64,000 nucleotides of DNA from an uncultured Butyrivibrio sp. (lineage in GTDB: Bacteria > Bacillota > Clostridia > Lachnospirales > Lachnospiraceae): positions 12,727-76,726 of the forward strand of contig CAMNOS010000001.1 of the NCBI GenBank assembly GCA_946546925.1. Reading direction: 5' to 3'. Positions within the stretch are counted from its first letter, which is position 1, and the number at the start of each line of letters is the position of its first letter. Positions 1 through 8,859 of this stretch are shown piece by piece. Below the pieces are notes generated by a model. It had not been told where the DNA came from, ran no database searches, and saw only the letters and a list, made by a program, of their open reading frames with translations. The position numbers and the translations under genes were made by a program.

Positions 1-431
1 GCGCCGCGGACCATATCAAAAAGCGTAATGTCCACGGTGCTTCCCCTGCTGTGACCTGAGTGCCGGGCTATATATCCTTCCCGGAACAAATTCTCTTTGT
101 CCACATCAGGATAGAATATTTCCTTCATTCTCACATCCTCAAGATCCCTTGCCCACCTGACAAAGTGGTCCACAGCTCTCTGCGGCCTGTAGGCGTCAAA
201 AACTCTTATCCGATAGCCCATTTTCTTAAAGTCACTGCTTGCGCGCCTTAAAGCCCCGGCAGCTTCTTTTGTCAAAAGAGCTATAGGACTTATGTATCCG
301 TCTATCCTCTCTCCTATGAAGTTGTACGTTGAAAAATATCTGATCTCGAGGATCACATCGGGATCCGCATCAGAAACACTCACAAAGCCTGATGAGTCCT
401 CAGAAATAGGAAAAACTCTTTGATCTGTCAT
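1..431 (-). CDS. D-alanyl-D-alanine dipeptidase (M15/VanX-like), partial, runs off the left edge
   Basis: Manual translation from ATG at 431: MTDQRVFPISEDSSGFV...LEIRYFSTYNFIG...FDAYRPQRAV...SGHSRGSTVDITL. The DAYRP and SxHSRGxxVD motifs are typical of M15 dipeptidases. Not in the ORF track because it is truncated. Confidence 0.88.
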   Translation of the reverse strand, partial: MTDQRVFPISEDSSGFVSVSDADPDVILEIRYFSTYNFIGERIDGYISPIALLTKEAAGALRRASSDFKKMGYRIRVFDAYRPQRAVDHFVRWARDLEDVRMKEIFYPDVDKENLFREGYIARHSGHSRGSTVDITLFDMVRG

Positions 432-435
432 GTCG

Positions 436-1644
436 TCACGCTCCTAAAATCGATCCAACAATGATACCAAGCCAGGTTCCTATGACATATCCAAATGTGC
501 CCACCAGCATGCAGGGCGCCACCAGAGCGTTCCATCCCTGGGCTATGGCCATTCCCGCCGCAGTAGTAGGTCCGCCGATATTGGCATTGGAAGCAAGTAT
601 GATCTCTTCCAGATTAAACTTAAGAAGTCTGCCGAATATAAAGCAGAAAAGCATATTAGAAATAACAAGAATAAGACAAAACACCAGAAGGAGCGGTGCA
701 TTTTTGATGATCATGATAATGGATGCAGGCACACCTATCACGAAGTAGAAAAGGTATATGAGCCAGGTTCCCAGCTCTTTGGCGCCGTGAATGCTCTGAG
801 CCTGCCTGTCGAAGAAAGAAGCAAACACAAGGGAGATGTTGGTTATCCATACATACTGGCTTCCAAAGAATGTATTAAGCATCCTGAAAAATGCATTGCT
901 ATCTGGGATCACACCGGTAAAGAATCCGGCCAGCAGTTTGGAGAAAGTAACTACAATTGCTGAATAGGCCAACGCCGCGGCAATATCCTTAAGTGAGATC
1001 TCACTTCGTCCCCAGTATCTTGCTGCAAGAGTCTCTCCGTCTTCGCCTCGTCCATCAGCTTCCACGCTGTCTATGTGCGGATGAGGAAAATGCCTTCTAA
1101 ACCAGGCACTTGATGCAATTCCGATAAGGATCATAAAGTAGAGTGCCATGTTCAGGTTATCTGCCACTGTCACAGAGGAGATCAGTGCCGAGTCCACATG
1201 AAAGGCATCGGCTACAGCCGTGAAATTAACACCGCCCCCGATATACGAGCCTGTCATCATCGCCGCAACTCCGGGAAGCCCCTCAATGACACCCGATAAC
1301 AGCATTGCTGCGCATAGGGCCCCGACAAGTGTTCCCGCAGAGCCGATAAGGAATATCAAGAGAAATCTCCCGGTTTCTCTCCATATCCTGAATATGTTGG
1401 CATTGAGCAAAAGAAGCGGTATCGCCAATGGCACGGCATATCCCCACACAACATCGTCAAAAACCGGAGCACTCGTTGGAATAATACTGAGATTGGTCAG
1501 TACAACAGCAATAAGAAGCGTTATGACCGCTCCGGATATCTTAGCCGCCCACTTGTACTTCTGCTCAAGATATATTGCGATAAAGCCTGAAAAGAACATT
1601 ATTGAAAGCAGTGCCCAGTTATTGCTCCCGGAAATAAGTGTCAT
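436..1644 (-). CDS. DUF819-family multi-pass membrane protein (putative transporter)
   Basis: 402 aa hydrophobic protein with GSYIGGGVNF and ASNANIGGPTTA motifs. Confidence 0.8.
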   Translation of the reverse strand: MTLISGSNNWALLSIMFFSGFIAIYLEQKYKWAAKISGAVITLLIAVVLTNLSIIPTSAPVFDDVVWGYAVPLAIPLLLLNANIFRIWRETGRFLLIFLIGSAGTLVGALCAAMLLSGVIEGLPGVAAMMTGSYIGGGVNFTAVADAFHVDSALISSVTVADNLNMALYFMILIGIASSAWFRRHFPHPHIDSVEADGRGEDGETLAARYWGRSEISLKDIAAALAYSAIVVTFSKLLAGFFTGVIPDSNAFFRMLNTFFGSQYVWITNISLVFASFFDRQAQSIHGAKELGTWLIYLFYFVIGVPASIIMIIKNAPLLLVFCLILVISNMLFCFIFGRLLKFNLEEIILASNANIGGPTTAAGMAIAQGWNALVAPCMLVGTFGYVIGTWLGIIVGSILGA

Positions 1645-1712
1645 ACATCCTCACCTCGTATGTGCCAGCGTTTTCTTATATATTATCACTTGCACTGCTT
1701 ACTGAGAAGTTC

Positions 1713-2453
1713 TCATTCATATGCAAACGTCTTGAGGAATTTCCTTGCCCTCTCTGTCGTAGGCGCATTGAAAAAACTCTTGACATCCTCTGACTCTTCA
1801 ACAATCTCACCCTGGTCAAAAAATACAATCCTGTCCGCCACGGCTCTTGCAAAAGCCATTTCATGAGTGACTATCACCATGGTCGATCCGCTTCTTGCAA
1901 GATCCAGCATGGTCTGCAAAACCTCATGTACCATCTCAGGATCAAGGGCAGCGGTGACTTCGTCAAACAACAGCACCTCCGGGTGCATTATAAGTGCCCT
2001 CACTATCGCAACCCTCTGCTTCTGTCCGCCCGACAGCTGTCTTGGATAGTAATCTTTTTTTTCCACAAGTCCAACCTTATCAAGGAGAACAAGTGCCTCC
2101 CTTATCGCGTCATCCTTGTATCTCTTTTGTACCTTAACAGGCGAAAGAATGATGTTTTCAAGGACAGTCTTATGCGGAAACAGTTCATAGGACTGAAAGA
2201 CCATACCTATTTTCTGCCTGATCTTATAGATATCATTTTTATCCGGATTCACAGGAAGTCCATCTATTACGACTGCTCCGCTCTCTATGCTCTCAAGACC
2301 GTTGAGGCACCTTAAGAACGTGCTCTTTCCGCAGCCTGATGGCCCGATGATAACAACTACCTCGCCTTTTTTGACAGAGAGGTTAATATCCTTAAGAACT
2401 ACATTGTTGTCGAATTCTTTATGTAAATGCTTAACTCTTACCAGATCGCTCAA
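1713..2453 (-). CDS. Polar amino-acid ABC transporter ATP-binding protein
   Basis: GPSGCGKST, LSGGQKQR, LLFDE. Probable TTG start at 2453; the ORF track extends into the upstream gene. Confidence 0.93.
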   Translation of the reverse strand: MSDLVRVKHLHKEFDNNVVLKDINLSVKKGEVVVIIGPSGCGKSTFLRCLNGLESIESGAVVIDGLPVNPDKNDIYKIRQKIGMVFQSYELFPHKTVLENIILSPVKVQKRYKDDAIREALVLLDKVGLVEKKDYYPRQLSGGQKQRVAIVRALIMHPEVLLFDEVTAALDPEMVHEVLQTMLDLARSGSTMVIVTHEMAFARAVADRIVFFDQGEIVEESEDVKSFFNAPTTERARKFLKTFAYE

Positions 2454-2454
2454 T

Positions 2455-3129
2455 TTATGCCCACCTTTTTTCCAATGAAGCTGCCAGTCTGGAGACCGGC
2501 CAGCACACCACAAAATACAGGAGAAAAACCACTGCAAATACGCCAAATGCCGCGTTTGGTGATGATCTCCTGTTGGCCTCGATTATCTGCTGCGCCACCT
2601 TTAATACTTCCACGATACCGATCATCATAACAAGTGAAGTTGTCTTGATCATTCTTGTGACAAGATTTATGGAAAGCGGTATCAGTCTTCTTAATGTCTG
2701 AGGGAATATTATGTAATAATGCACCTGAAATTTGTTAAGTCCAAGAGCATATGCAGACTCATACTGGATTCTGGCGATGCTTTTGATGGAACCTCTCACA
2801 AGATCGCCCATTTCAGCTGTACCCCAGAACACAAAAACTATAAGAGCAGAAAGTTCAGCCGAGATATTGAGACCAAATACTCTCGTGCTTCCGAAATAGA
2901 CAATAAAAAGAAGTACCATCTGAGGCATGATCCTCACGGTCTCGAGGTATAACCGCAAAACAGCCTTAATGCCCCTGTTCTGCGAAGTCATCAAAACTCC
3001 CACAACAAGTCCCAGCACAATGCTTATGACCACAGATACAAGGCTTATTTCCACAGAGACCCAAAGCCCCTTAAGAAGCCTTATCATGTTGGTTCCCTTA
3101 AAAAGAACATCAATCCCCAAACTGTGCAT
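2455..3129 (-). CDS. Amino-acid ABC transporter permease
   Basis: HisM/GlnP-type permease with an EAA-like loop (QYESAYALGL). Confidence 0.92.
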   Translation of the reverse strand: MHSLGIDVLFKGTNMIRLLKGLWVSVEISLVSVVISIVLGLVVGVLMTSQNRGIKAVLRLYLETVRIMPQMVLLFIVYFGSTRVFGLNISAELSALIVFVFWGTAEMGDLVRGSIKSIARIQYESAYALGLNKFQVHYYIIFPQTLRRLIPLSINLVTRMIKTTSLVMMIGIVEVLKVAQQIIEANRRSSPNAAFGVFAVVFLLYFVVCWPVSRLAASLEKRWA

Positions 3130-3769
3130 ATCGTGCCCTCCTCTCTACTATCGTTCCAACTATCGACACCGGAAGGAGCATTATCAGATAGTACACAACC
3201 AGGAGAAAAAGACATTCTATGGTCTTGGCATACATTCCTATAAGGTCCTTGGCTGTGAACATAAGATCCATGAGACTGATAGTTGAAAAAACAGAAGTCT
3301 CCTTAAGCAGGAAGATCACATTGGCAACAACCCCCGGAATGCTGATTGAAAAAGCCTGGGGCAGAATAATATAGAAAAACACCTGCCCCCTGGTCATACC
3401 CAGTGACAACGCGCTTTCGCTCTGAATTCTGTCTACGGACTCAAGACCGCTTCGCACAGTCTCGATCATATATGCTCCGCCTATAAGTCCAAGTCCAAGG
3501 ATTCCGCAGGCCTCAGCAGAGATTCTTAATCCAATCTTGGGAAGTGCGAAATAAATAAAAAAGAGCTGGACAAGAAGCGGTGTGTTTCTGAACACTTCTA
3601 TGTAAACAGCCGTGATCCTTTTAAGTATTGGTATCCTGAAATACTGGATAACTGCTCCCAGCAGCCCTATTGCAAAGGCTGCCAGGATTCCAAGCCATCC
3701 GATCCTGATTGTCAGAAGGATTGCCTCGTTGTAGAGAGGCAAATAGGTCTTCAAAACCTCAACATCCAT
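3110..3769 (-). CDS. Amino-acid ABC transporter permease
   Basis: FRNTPLLVQL and QSESALSLGM motifs. Confidence 0.93.
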   Translation of the reverse strand: MDVEVLKTYLPLYNEAILLTIRIGWLGILAAFAIGLLGAVIQYFRIPILKRITAVYIEVFRNTPLLVQLFFIYFALPKIGLRISAEACGILGLGLIGGAYMIETVRSGLESVDRIQSESALSLGMTRGQVFFYIILPQAFSISIPGVVANVIFLLKETSVFSTISLMDLMFTAKDLIGMYAKTIECLFLLVVYYLIMLLPVSIVGTIVERRARYAQFGD

Positions 3770-3771
3770 TA

Positions 3772-4680
3772 TTACTGTACCTTGCCACCTTCTACTACAA
3801 GAGTGTCCTCGTAATCTGCACCGTAAGTATCAAGAAGTGTTGCCTCATAATCAGCATGGAAGAAATTCTCCTCGCCGATTGCCTTGATCTCATCGTTGAG
3901 CCAGGTCAAAAGAGTTTCATTGCCTTTCGTCACTGCAGGTGCGATCGTGTCTGAATCTCCAAGTGAAGGAACGCCCACCGTAAAGCCTTCGTTCTCAATT
4001 GCAAACGCAATTACTTCGGTGTTGTCATTGGCCCAGCCTGCTGCATTGCCGTTTTCAATAGCTGTCTTGGCCTCAGCGTAGGCATCATACTTCTGAAGCT
4101 TGATATCCGGATAGTTCTTCTCAAGATACGTTTCTGCTGTGGTTCCGGATATGACAATGATCTCGTCATCAGCGCCTACATTGTCAAGGCTTTCGATAAC
4201 CGCATCAGAAGGTGACACAACTCCGAGTGCAACATTCATATACGGAAGCGCGAAATCAACTTCCTGAGCTCTTTCTTCAGTTACGGTGAAGTTAGCAAGG
4301 ATGATGTCAACCTTACCTGTCTGAAGGTACTCAATCCTGTTAGCTGCCTCTGTTGACACGTAATTGATCTTGACCCCCAGGTCCTGACCTATCCTCTCTG
4401 CAAAGAACACATCATATCCCGCATACTCACCGTTCTCGTCAACATATCCGAAGGGGCTCTTGTCAGAAAACACTCCGATATTGATAGTACCGCTCTCCTT
4501 AATCTCATCAAGAGTCCTGTAAACCTCGGATGAAGCAGGAGCGGAATCTGTTTTGGCCTCAACACTGGAAGCGCCTGCAGTACTTCCGCATCCTGTTACC
4601 ACCCCTGCGATAAGGGTTGCCGCTGTGAATACTCCTGTTGCTCTGGTCAATAGATCCTTTTTCATAGTTTTCTCCTCCAT
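3772..4680 (-). CDS. Amino-acid (probably cysteine/cystine) ABC transporter substrate-binding lipoprotein
   Basis: Lipobox VTGC; SBP family 3 motifs (PFGY, ANFTVTEER); operon with metY. Confidence 0.88.
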   Translation of the reverse strand: MEEKTMKKDLLTRATGVFTAATLIAGVVTGCGSTAGASSVEAKTDSAPASSEVYRTLDEIKESGTINIGVFSDKSPFGYVDENGEYAGYDVFFAERIGQDLGVKINYVSTEAANRIEYLQTGKVDIILANFTVTEERAQEVDFALPYMNVALGVVSPSDAVIESLDNVGADDEIIVISGTTAETYLEKNYPDIKLQKYDAYAEAKTAIENGNAAGWANDNTEVIAFAIENEGFTVGVPSLGDSDTIAPAVTKGNETLLTWLNDEIKAIGEENFFHADYEATLLDTYGADYEDTLVVEGGKVQ

Positions 4681-4690
4681 AAATAATTAT

Positions 4691-5968
4691 TTATACTGCT
4701 GCAAAGCCTTTCTCAAGGTCTGCAATAATATCATCAATATGTTCTGTACCTATAGAAAGTCTGATGGTGCTCTGAGTTATACCCTGATCAGCGAGCTCAT
4801 CGTCATTGAGCTGAGAATGCGTTGTTGATGCAGGATGGATCACAAGACTCTTGACATCAGCGACATTTGCAAGAAGTGAGAATATCTCAAGGTTGTCAAT
4901 GAACTTCCATGCTGCATCCCTGCCTCCCTTGATCTCAAATGTAAATATCGAAGCGCCGCCGTTAGGGAAATACTTCTCGTAGAGCGCATGATCCGGGTGA
5001 TCTGAAAGAGAGGGATGGTTGACCTTCTCTACCTTGGGATGGTTCTTCAGAAATTCCACAACCTTTTTGGTATTCTCAGCATGTCTGTCGAGTCTCAGGG
5101 AAAGAGTCTCAACGCCCTGCAGAAGAAGGAATGCATTGAATGGAGAAATAGTTGCTCCCGTATCTCTCAAAAGGATTGCCCTGATATATGTAACGAAAGC
5201 TGCAGGTCCCACTGCATCATAGAAAGAAACGCCGTGATAGCTTGGATTCGGAGCTGCTATCTGAGGATAATTGCCGCTTTCTTTCCAGTTGAACCTGCCG
5301 GACTCGACTATGATTCCTCCGAGGGTTGTCCCGTGACCACCGATGAATTTGGTTGCTGAATGTACGACAATGTCAGCACCGTGTTCAATGGGTCTTATAA
5401 GATACGGTGTACCGAAGGTGTTGTCGATCACCAGAGGAAGTCCGTGCCTGTGAGCAATCTCTGCTATAGCATCGATGTCAGGAATGTCACTGTTGGGATT
5501 GCCGAGTGTCTCAAGATATATTGCCCTTGTGTTATCCTGAATTGCTGCTTCCACCTCTGAAAGGTTATGAGCATCAACAAAAGAAGTCTTAATACCAAAC
5601 TGTGGAAGCGTATGTGCAAGAAGGTTGTAGCTACCGCCGTAAATTGTCTTCTGAGCTACAATATGTCCGCCGTTTGCTGCAAGAGCCTCTATGGTATATG
5701 TGATGGCTGCTGCACCGGATGCAAGTGCAAGCGCTGCGCTTCCGCCCTCAAGAGCCGCAAGTCGCTTCTCAAGTACATCCTGTGTGGAGTTTGTAAGTCT
5801 TCCGTAGATGTTGCCTGCATCAGCGAGGCCGAATCTGTCGGCAGCATGCTGACTGTTCCTGAACACATATGATGTTGTCTGGTAGATTGGTACCGCTCTT
5901 GCGTCTGTTGCGGGGTCCGGCTGTTCCTGTCCTACATGTAACTGAAGTGTCTCAAATCTGTAACTCAT
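4691..5968 (-). CDS. metY: O-acetylhomoserine/O-acetylserine sulfhydrylase (PLP)
   Basis: [28 protein letters not shown] (PLP lysine), [10 protein letters not shown]; RBS GGAGGAG before the ATG at 5968. Confidence 0.93.
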   Translation of the reverse strand: MSYRFETLQLHVGQEQPDPATDARAVPIYQTTSYVFRNSQHAADRFGLADAGNIYGRLTNSTQDVLEKRLAALEGGSAALALASGAAAITYTIEALAANGGHIVAQKTIYGGSYNLLAHTLPQFGIKTSFVDAHNLSEVEAAIQDNTRAIYLETLGNPNSDIPDIDAIAEIAHRHGLPLVIDNTFGTPYLIRPIEHGADIVVHSATKFIGGHGTTLGGIIVESGRFNWKESGNYPQIAAPNPSYHGVSFYDAVGPAAFVTYIRAILLRDTGATISPFNAFLLLQGVETLSLRLDRHAENTKKVVEFLKNHPKVEKVNHPSLSDHPDHALYEKYFPNGGASIFTFEIKGGRDAAWKFIDNLEIFSLLANVADVKSLVIHPASTTHSQLNDDELADQGITQSTIRLSIGTEHIDDIIADLEKGFAAV

Positions 5969-6032
5969 ATCCAACTCCTCCTGATTATGATTCTATATCA
6001 AGCATCTTGTAGTGCTTTAAAGTGTTGTTGTA

Positions 6033-6061
6033 ATGATATTTCTATTTACCTACTATGTCAA
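6033..6061 (-). promoter_or_regulatory. sigmaA promoter for the metY-ABC operon
   Basis: Minus strand TTGACA-17 nt-TATCAT. Confidence 0.75.
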
Positions 6062-6177
6062 TATGTTTTATAATAATCATTACTTATCACTTCATATAAG
6101 TTAAAGCTATCAGTACAACTGCTGCAACTTAATTAATATCTGATACAATAATAGTAAACAGCTGTAAGGAGGGGGAA

Positions 6178-6573
6178 ATGTTTTCGACAAAGAGCCGTTA
6201 CGCACTCAGAATATTGATAGACCTGGCACAGCAAGGCAGGGATGACCCGGTTCCTCTTAAAGATATTGCCGAAAGACAGGATATTTCAAAGAAGTACCTG
6301 GAGATAATTGCCAAAGACCTGGTCAAAGGCGGACTCATAAAGGGTGCCAGCGGGAAGCACGGTGGATATATGCTCACCCGCTCTCCGGAAGAATACTCCA
6401 TAGGTGAGATAATCGAACAGATGGAAGGTACATTCGCCCCTGTCGCATGTCTTGAGGACAATGCTGAAGAATGTCCCCGCGCCGGCGTGTGCAGAACCAT
6501 ATCCATGTGGACAGAATTCTATGAGCTGGAGAAGAACTTCTTCTTCGGAAAAAAGCTCAGTGACCTGTTGTAA
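6178..6573 (+). CDS. Rrf2-family transcriptional regulator (CymR/IscR-like, three Cys)
   Basis: STKSRYALR, GKHGGYML, C-x7-C-x5-C; divergent from the Cys/Met operon. Confidence 0.92.
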   Translation: MFSTKSRYALRILIDLAQQGRDDPVPLKDIAERQDISKKYLEIIAKDLVKGGLIKGASGKHGGYMLTRSPEEYSIGEIIEQMEGTFAPVACLEDNAEECPRAGVCRTISMWTEFYELEKNFFFGKKLSDLL

Positions 6574-6623
6574 AAATCCCTTATTGACTGCCATATCTGT
6601 CATGATATGAAGAAAGTGCCTGC

Positions 6624-7010
6624 TCATACCGCTGTAGCTATCCTGTCAGCATAGCGGATCAGCGCTGCCTCTATCCTGTTCATGTCAACATCGCAGGTAA
6701 ATCTGTATTCATCGGCATGAACTGCCCTGTCATCAATATAATAGTCACAGGTGATCTTCCTGGAATTAGAGCCGTAACGCTCCACCACTTCAGGCAGATT
6801 ATCATTGACCGCATCAAATACAAGTCCGTTCTCTCTGCAGAAGTCCACGGCATCTTCAAGCGCATCTCCCGCTCTGCAGGTCCAGAGTATCAGCTTATCA
6901 CCCTGACGTTGTTTTCTTATAAGAAAATCAAACAATTCCCTGTTGGCCGGCCCCACTTCAGGCCATAATCCCAAACTCAGAGTACCATCAAAATCAACTC
7001 CGTATGTCAT
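6624..7010 (-). CDS. Small HAD-superfamily hydrolase
   Basis: MTYGVDFDGTL (DxD), LWTCR, YYIDDR; AGGAGG RBS before the ATG at 7010. Confidence 0.8.
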   Translation of the reverse strand: MTYGVDFDGTLSLGLWPEVGPANRELFDFLIRKQRQGDKLILWTCRAGDALEDAVDFCRENGLVFDAVNDNLPEVVERYGSNSRKITCDYYIDDRAVHADEYRFTCDVDMNRIEAALIRYADRIATAV

Positions 7011-7029
7011 GAAACAACCTCCTTCTCGG

Positions 7030-7293
7030 TTATGCCTTCGACTCCAGAAACCATTTTGCCCCGGACGGGCTATCCTCATAATACAGGTGTATCTCCTTCC
7101 CATCCACGATGCATGTGTACATGAGCCCAGCTCCTCCGGCTCTCCTGCTGGCGCCCGGAACGCAGTCCCTGACCCTTGATATCTCATACTTCCTGCCATC
7201 CTCCCATTCTATGGACAATGGCCTTATTATCCCTTCATCAGTGAACTTCACTATTGTCTCCACATATACCTTGTGACCTATCCTGATTGCCAT
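7030..7293 (-). CDS. Small polymerase-associated protein (resembles DUF6504/ImuB C-terminal-like domain)
   Basis: 87 aa directly after the polymerase; pattern RPLSIEWEDGRKYEI...GLMYTC...LYYE...WFLE. Family assigned by eye. Confidence 0.65.
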   Translation of the reverse strand: MAIRIGHKVYVETIVKFTDEGIIRPLSIEWEDGRKYEISRVRDCVPGASRRAGGAGLMYTCIVDGKEIHLYYEDSPSGAKWFLESKA

Positions 7294-7303
7294 AGCATAT
7301 TCC

Positions 7304-8590
7304 CTACTCTTTCTCCTTAAGAACATTGTTGCCGTTCTGGAAATATCCGACCGGATGGATCATATGATCCTCTGCCTTGGCATCAAGTCCTGAAAGTCCC
7401 CTGTCAAAATACATGATGCCTCGAAGTACCGACTCATAGCCAAAGCGCCTGCGGATGTCTGTCACCGCAAGGTCAGCCTTTAAGTATTTGTCCCTGAGCG
7501 CCTCAGTGTTAAAGAGATCTGTCTGGTGCGGCGTAGTATCAGGCACAAGACCCGACACTCTTACACCTATGCTCCGTATCGGATGCTCCCAGGTGTAATT
7601 GGCCTTGAACAGCTCATAGGCAGATCCTGCAATCTCCTCAGAAATATTGGTGGGAATCCTTATCTTGTGCTGCCTGGTAAAGCTGTAAAGGCCATTGTCC
7701 CTCACGCTTATCCCTATGACATCTCCGACAAAATGGTTCTCCCGAAGCCTTGCTGCCACGCTCTCAGATAAGAGATATATGACCATCCTCACATCGTTGT
7801 TGTTCACCAAGTCCCGCGGCGTTGTGGTGCTGTTCCCCACGCTCTTAATCGGTGCGCACTGCCCCATGGCGGCAACAGGTGTCCGGTCCTCCCCTCTTGC
7901 AAAAGCATAGAGTACATATCCTATCTTCCCAAAAATGTTGTGCAAAAACTCAGGGTCAGCATTGGCGAGGTCTCCTATTGTCAGAATCCCGTACTTCCTG
8001 AGCTTGATGTCAGTGCGCCTCCCCACAAAGAGAAGGTCCGAGACAGGAGCGCTCCAGAGGATATCCCTGTAATTCTCCCTGGAAATCCTCGTTATGGCAT
8101 CAGGCTTCTTGTAGTCGGATCCAAACTTGGCAAAGATCTTGTTCCAGGAAATGCCTATGGAAACCGTTATGCCAAGTTCTCTCCTGATGCGGTCCGAGAT
8201 CTCCCTTGCAATCGACATCCCATCAGCTGTTCCAAGCATCCGCGCCGAGTCAGTTATGTCAAGCCACGACTCGTCAAGGCCGTAGGGCTCGACCAGGTCG
8301 GTGTAGTCTGAATATATCCTTCGGGCCTTGCCTGAGAACCTGATGTACTCATCGTAGTGAGGAGAAACAAAGACCACATCTCTGCAGGCCTGTCTTGCCT
8401 GCCACAGTGCCATGCCGGTCTTAACTCCGCGCCTCTTGGCTATATAGTTGGCAGTAAGTACTATCCCGTGCCGCGCCTCAACGTCTCCGCCCACTGCCAT
8501 CGGAACATCACGAAGAGAAGGGTCATGCAGCATCTCTACGGCAGCGTAGAAGCAGTTGCAGTCTGAGTGAAGTATTATCCTGTCGTCCAT
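7304..8590 (-). CDS. dinB: Y-family DNA polymerase (DinB/PolY type)
   Basis: HSDCNCFYA, YGLDES, AKFGSDYKKPD; clamp motif QTDLF; GGAGG RBS before the ATG at 8590. Confidence 0.93.
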   Translation of the reverse strand: MDDRIILHSDCNCFYAAVEMLHDPSLRDVPMAVGGDVEARHGIVLTANYIAKRRGVKTGMALWQARQACRDVVFVSPHYDEYIRFSGKARRIYSDYTDLVEPYGLDESWLDITDSARMLGTADGMSIAREISDRIRRELGITVSIGISWNKIFAKFGSDYKKPDAITRISRENYRDILWSAPVSDLLFVGRRTDIKLRKYGILTIGDLANADPEFLHNIFGKIGYVLYAFARGEDRTPVAAMGQCAPIKSVGNSTTTPRDLVNNNDVRMVIYLLSESVAARLRENHFVGDVIGISVRDNGLYSFTRQHKIRIPTNISEEIAGSAYELFKANYTWEHPIRSIGVRVSGLVPDTTPHQTDLFNTEALRDKYLKADLAVTDIRRRFGYESVLRGIMYFDRGLSGLDAKAEDHMIHPVGYFQNGNNVLKEKE

Positions 8591-8608
8591 GCAAGACCAC
8601 CTCCTCTC

Positions 8609-8667
8609 GTACATATATTCGCAAACGTTTGTTCTGTTTGTAATTATCATTATAAGAACGTTTGTTC
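8609..8667. promoter_or_regulatory. LexA (Cheo/SOS) boxes upstream of the polymerase cassette
   Basis: GAACGTTTGTTC at 8656-8667 (perfect GAAC-N4-GTTC), AAACGTTTGTTC at 8623-8634, degenerate GTACATATATTC at 8609-8620. Confidence 0.85.
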
Positions 8668-8780
8668 TAAAAATCAACCGCTAGATATTGTGCTGTCCCT
8701 TTTATTGGACACCTTTGCACATTCCTCTCTCCACCTGCATTTCAGCCATTTTCAGAATAAACAGTTCTTTTTTTCACCAC

Positions 8781-8815
8781 AAAAGCCATTACTCCCATAA
8801 TGAGAATAATGGCTT
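8781..8815 (-). terminator. Intrinsic terminator after the PP2C gene
   Basis: AAGCCATTA...TAATGGCTT hairpin with a T-run on the minus strand. Confidence 0.6.
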
Positions 8816-8859
8816 AGCTTCAATCCAAAATATTGTTTCCGTAAGATTTATCTGATCTC

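Noticed and set aside
1-431. Vancomycin-resistance cluster
   Set aside because: Only a VanX-like dipeptidase is visible. There is no ligase, vanH or vanRS in the window, though sequence left of the edge is unseen.
5975-6032. SAM riboswitch or T-box before metY
   Set aside because: The leader from the predicted promoter is ~60 nt, with no S-box core or terminator.
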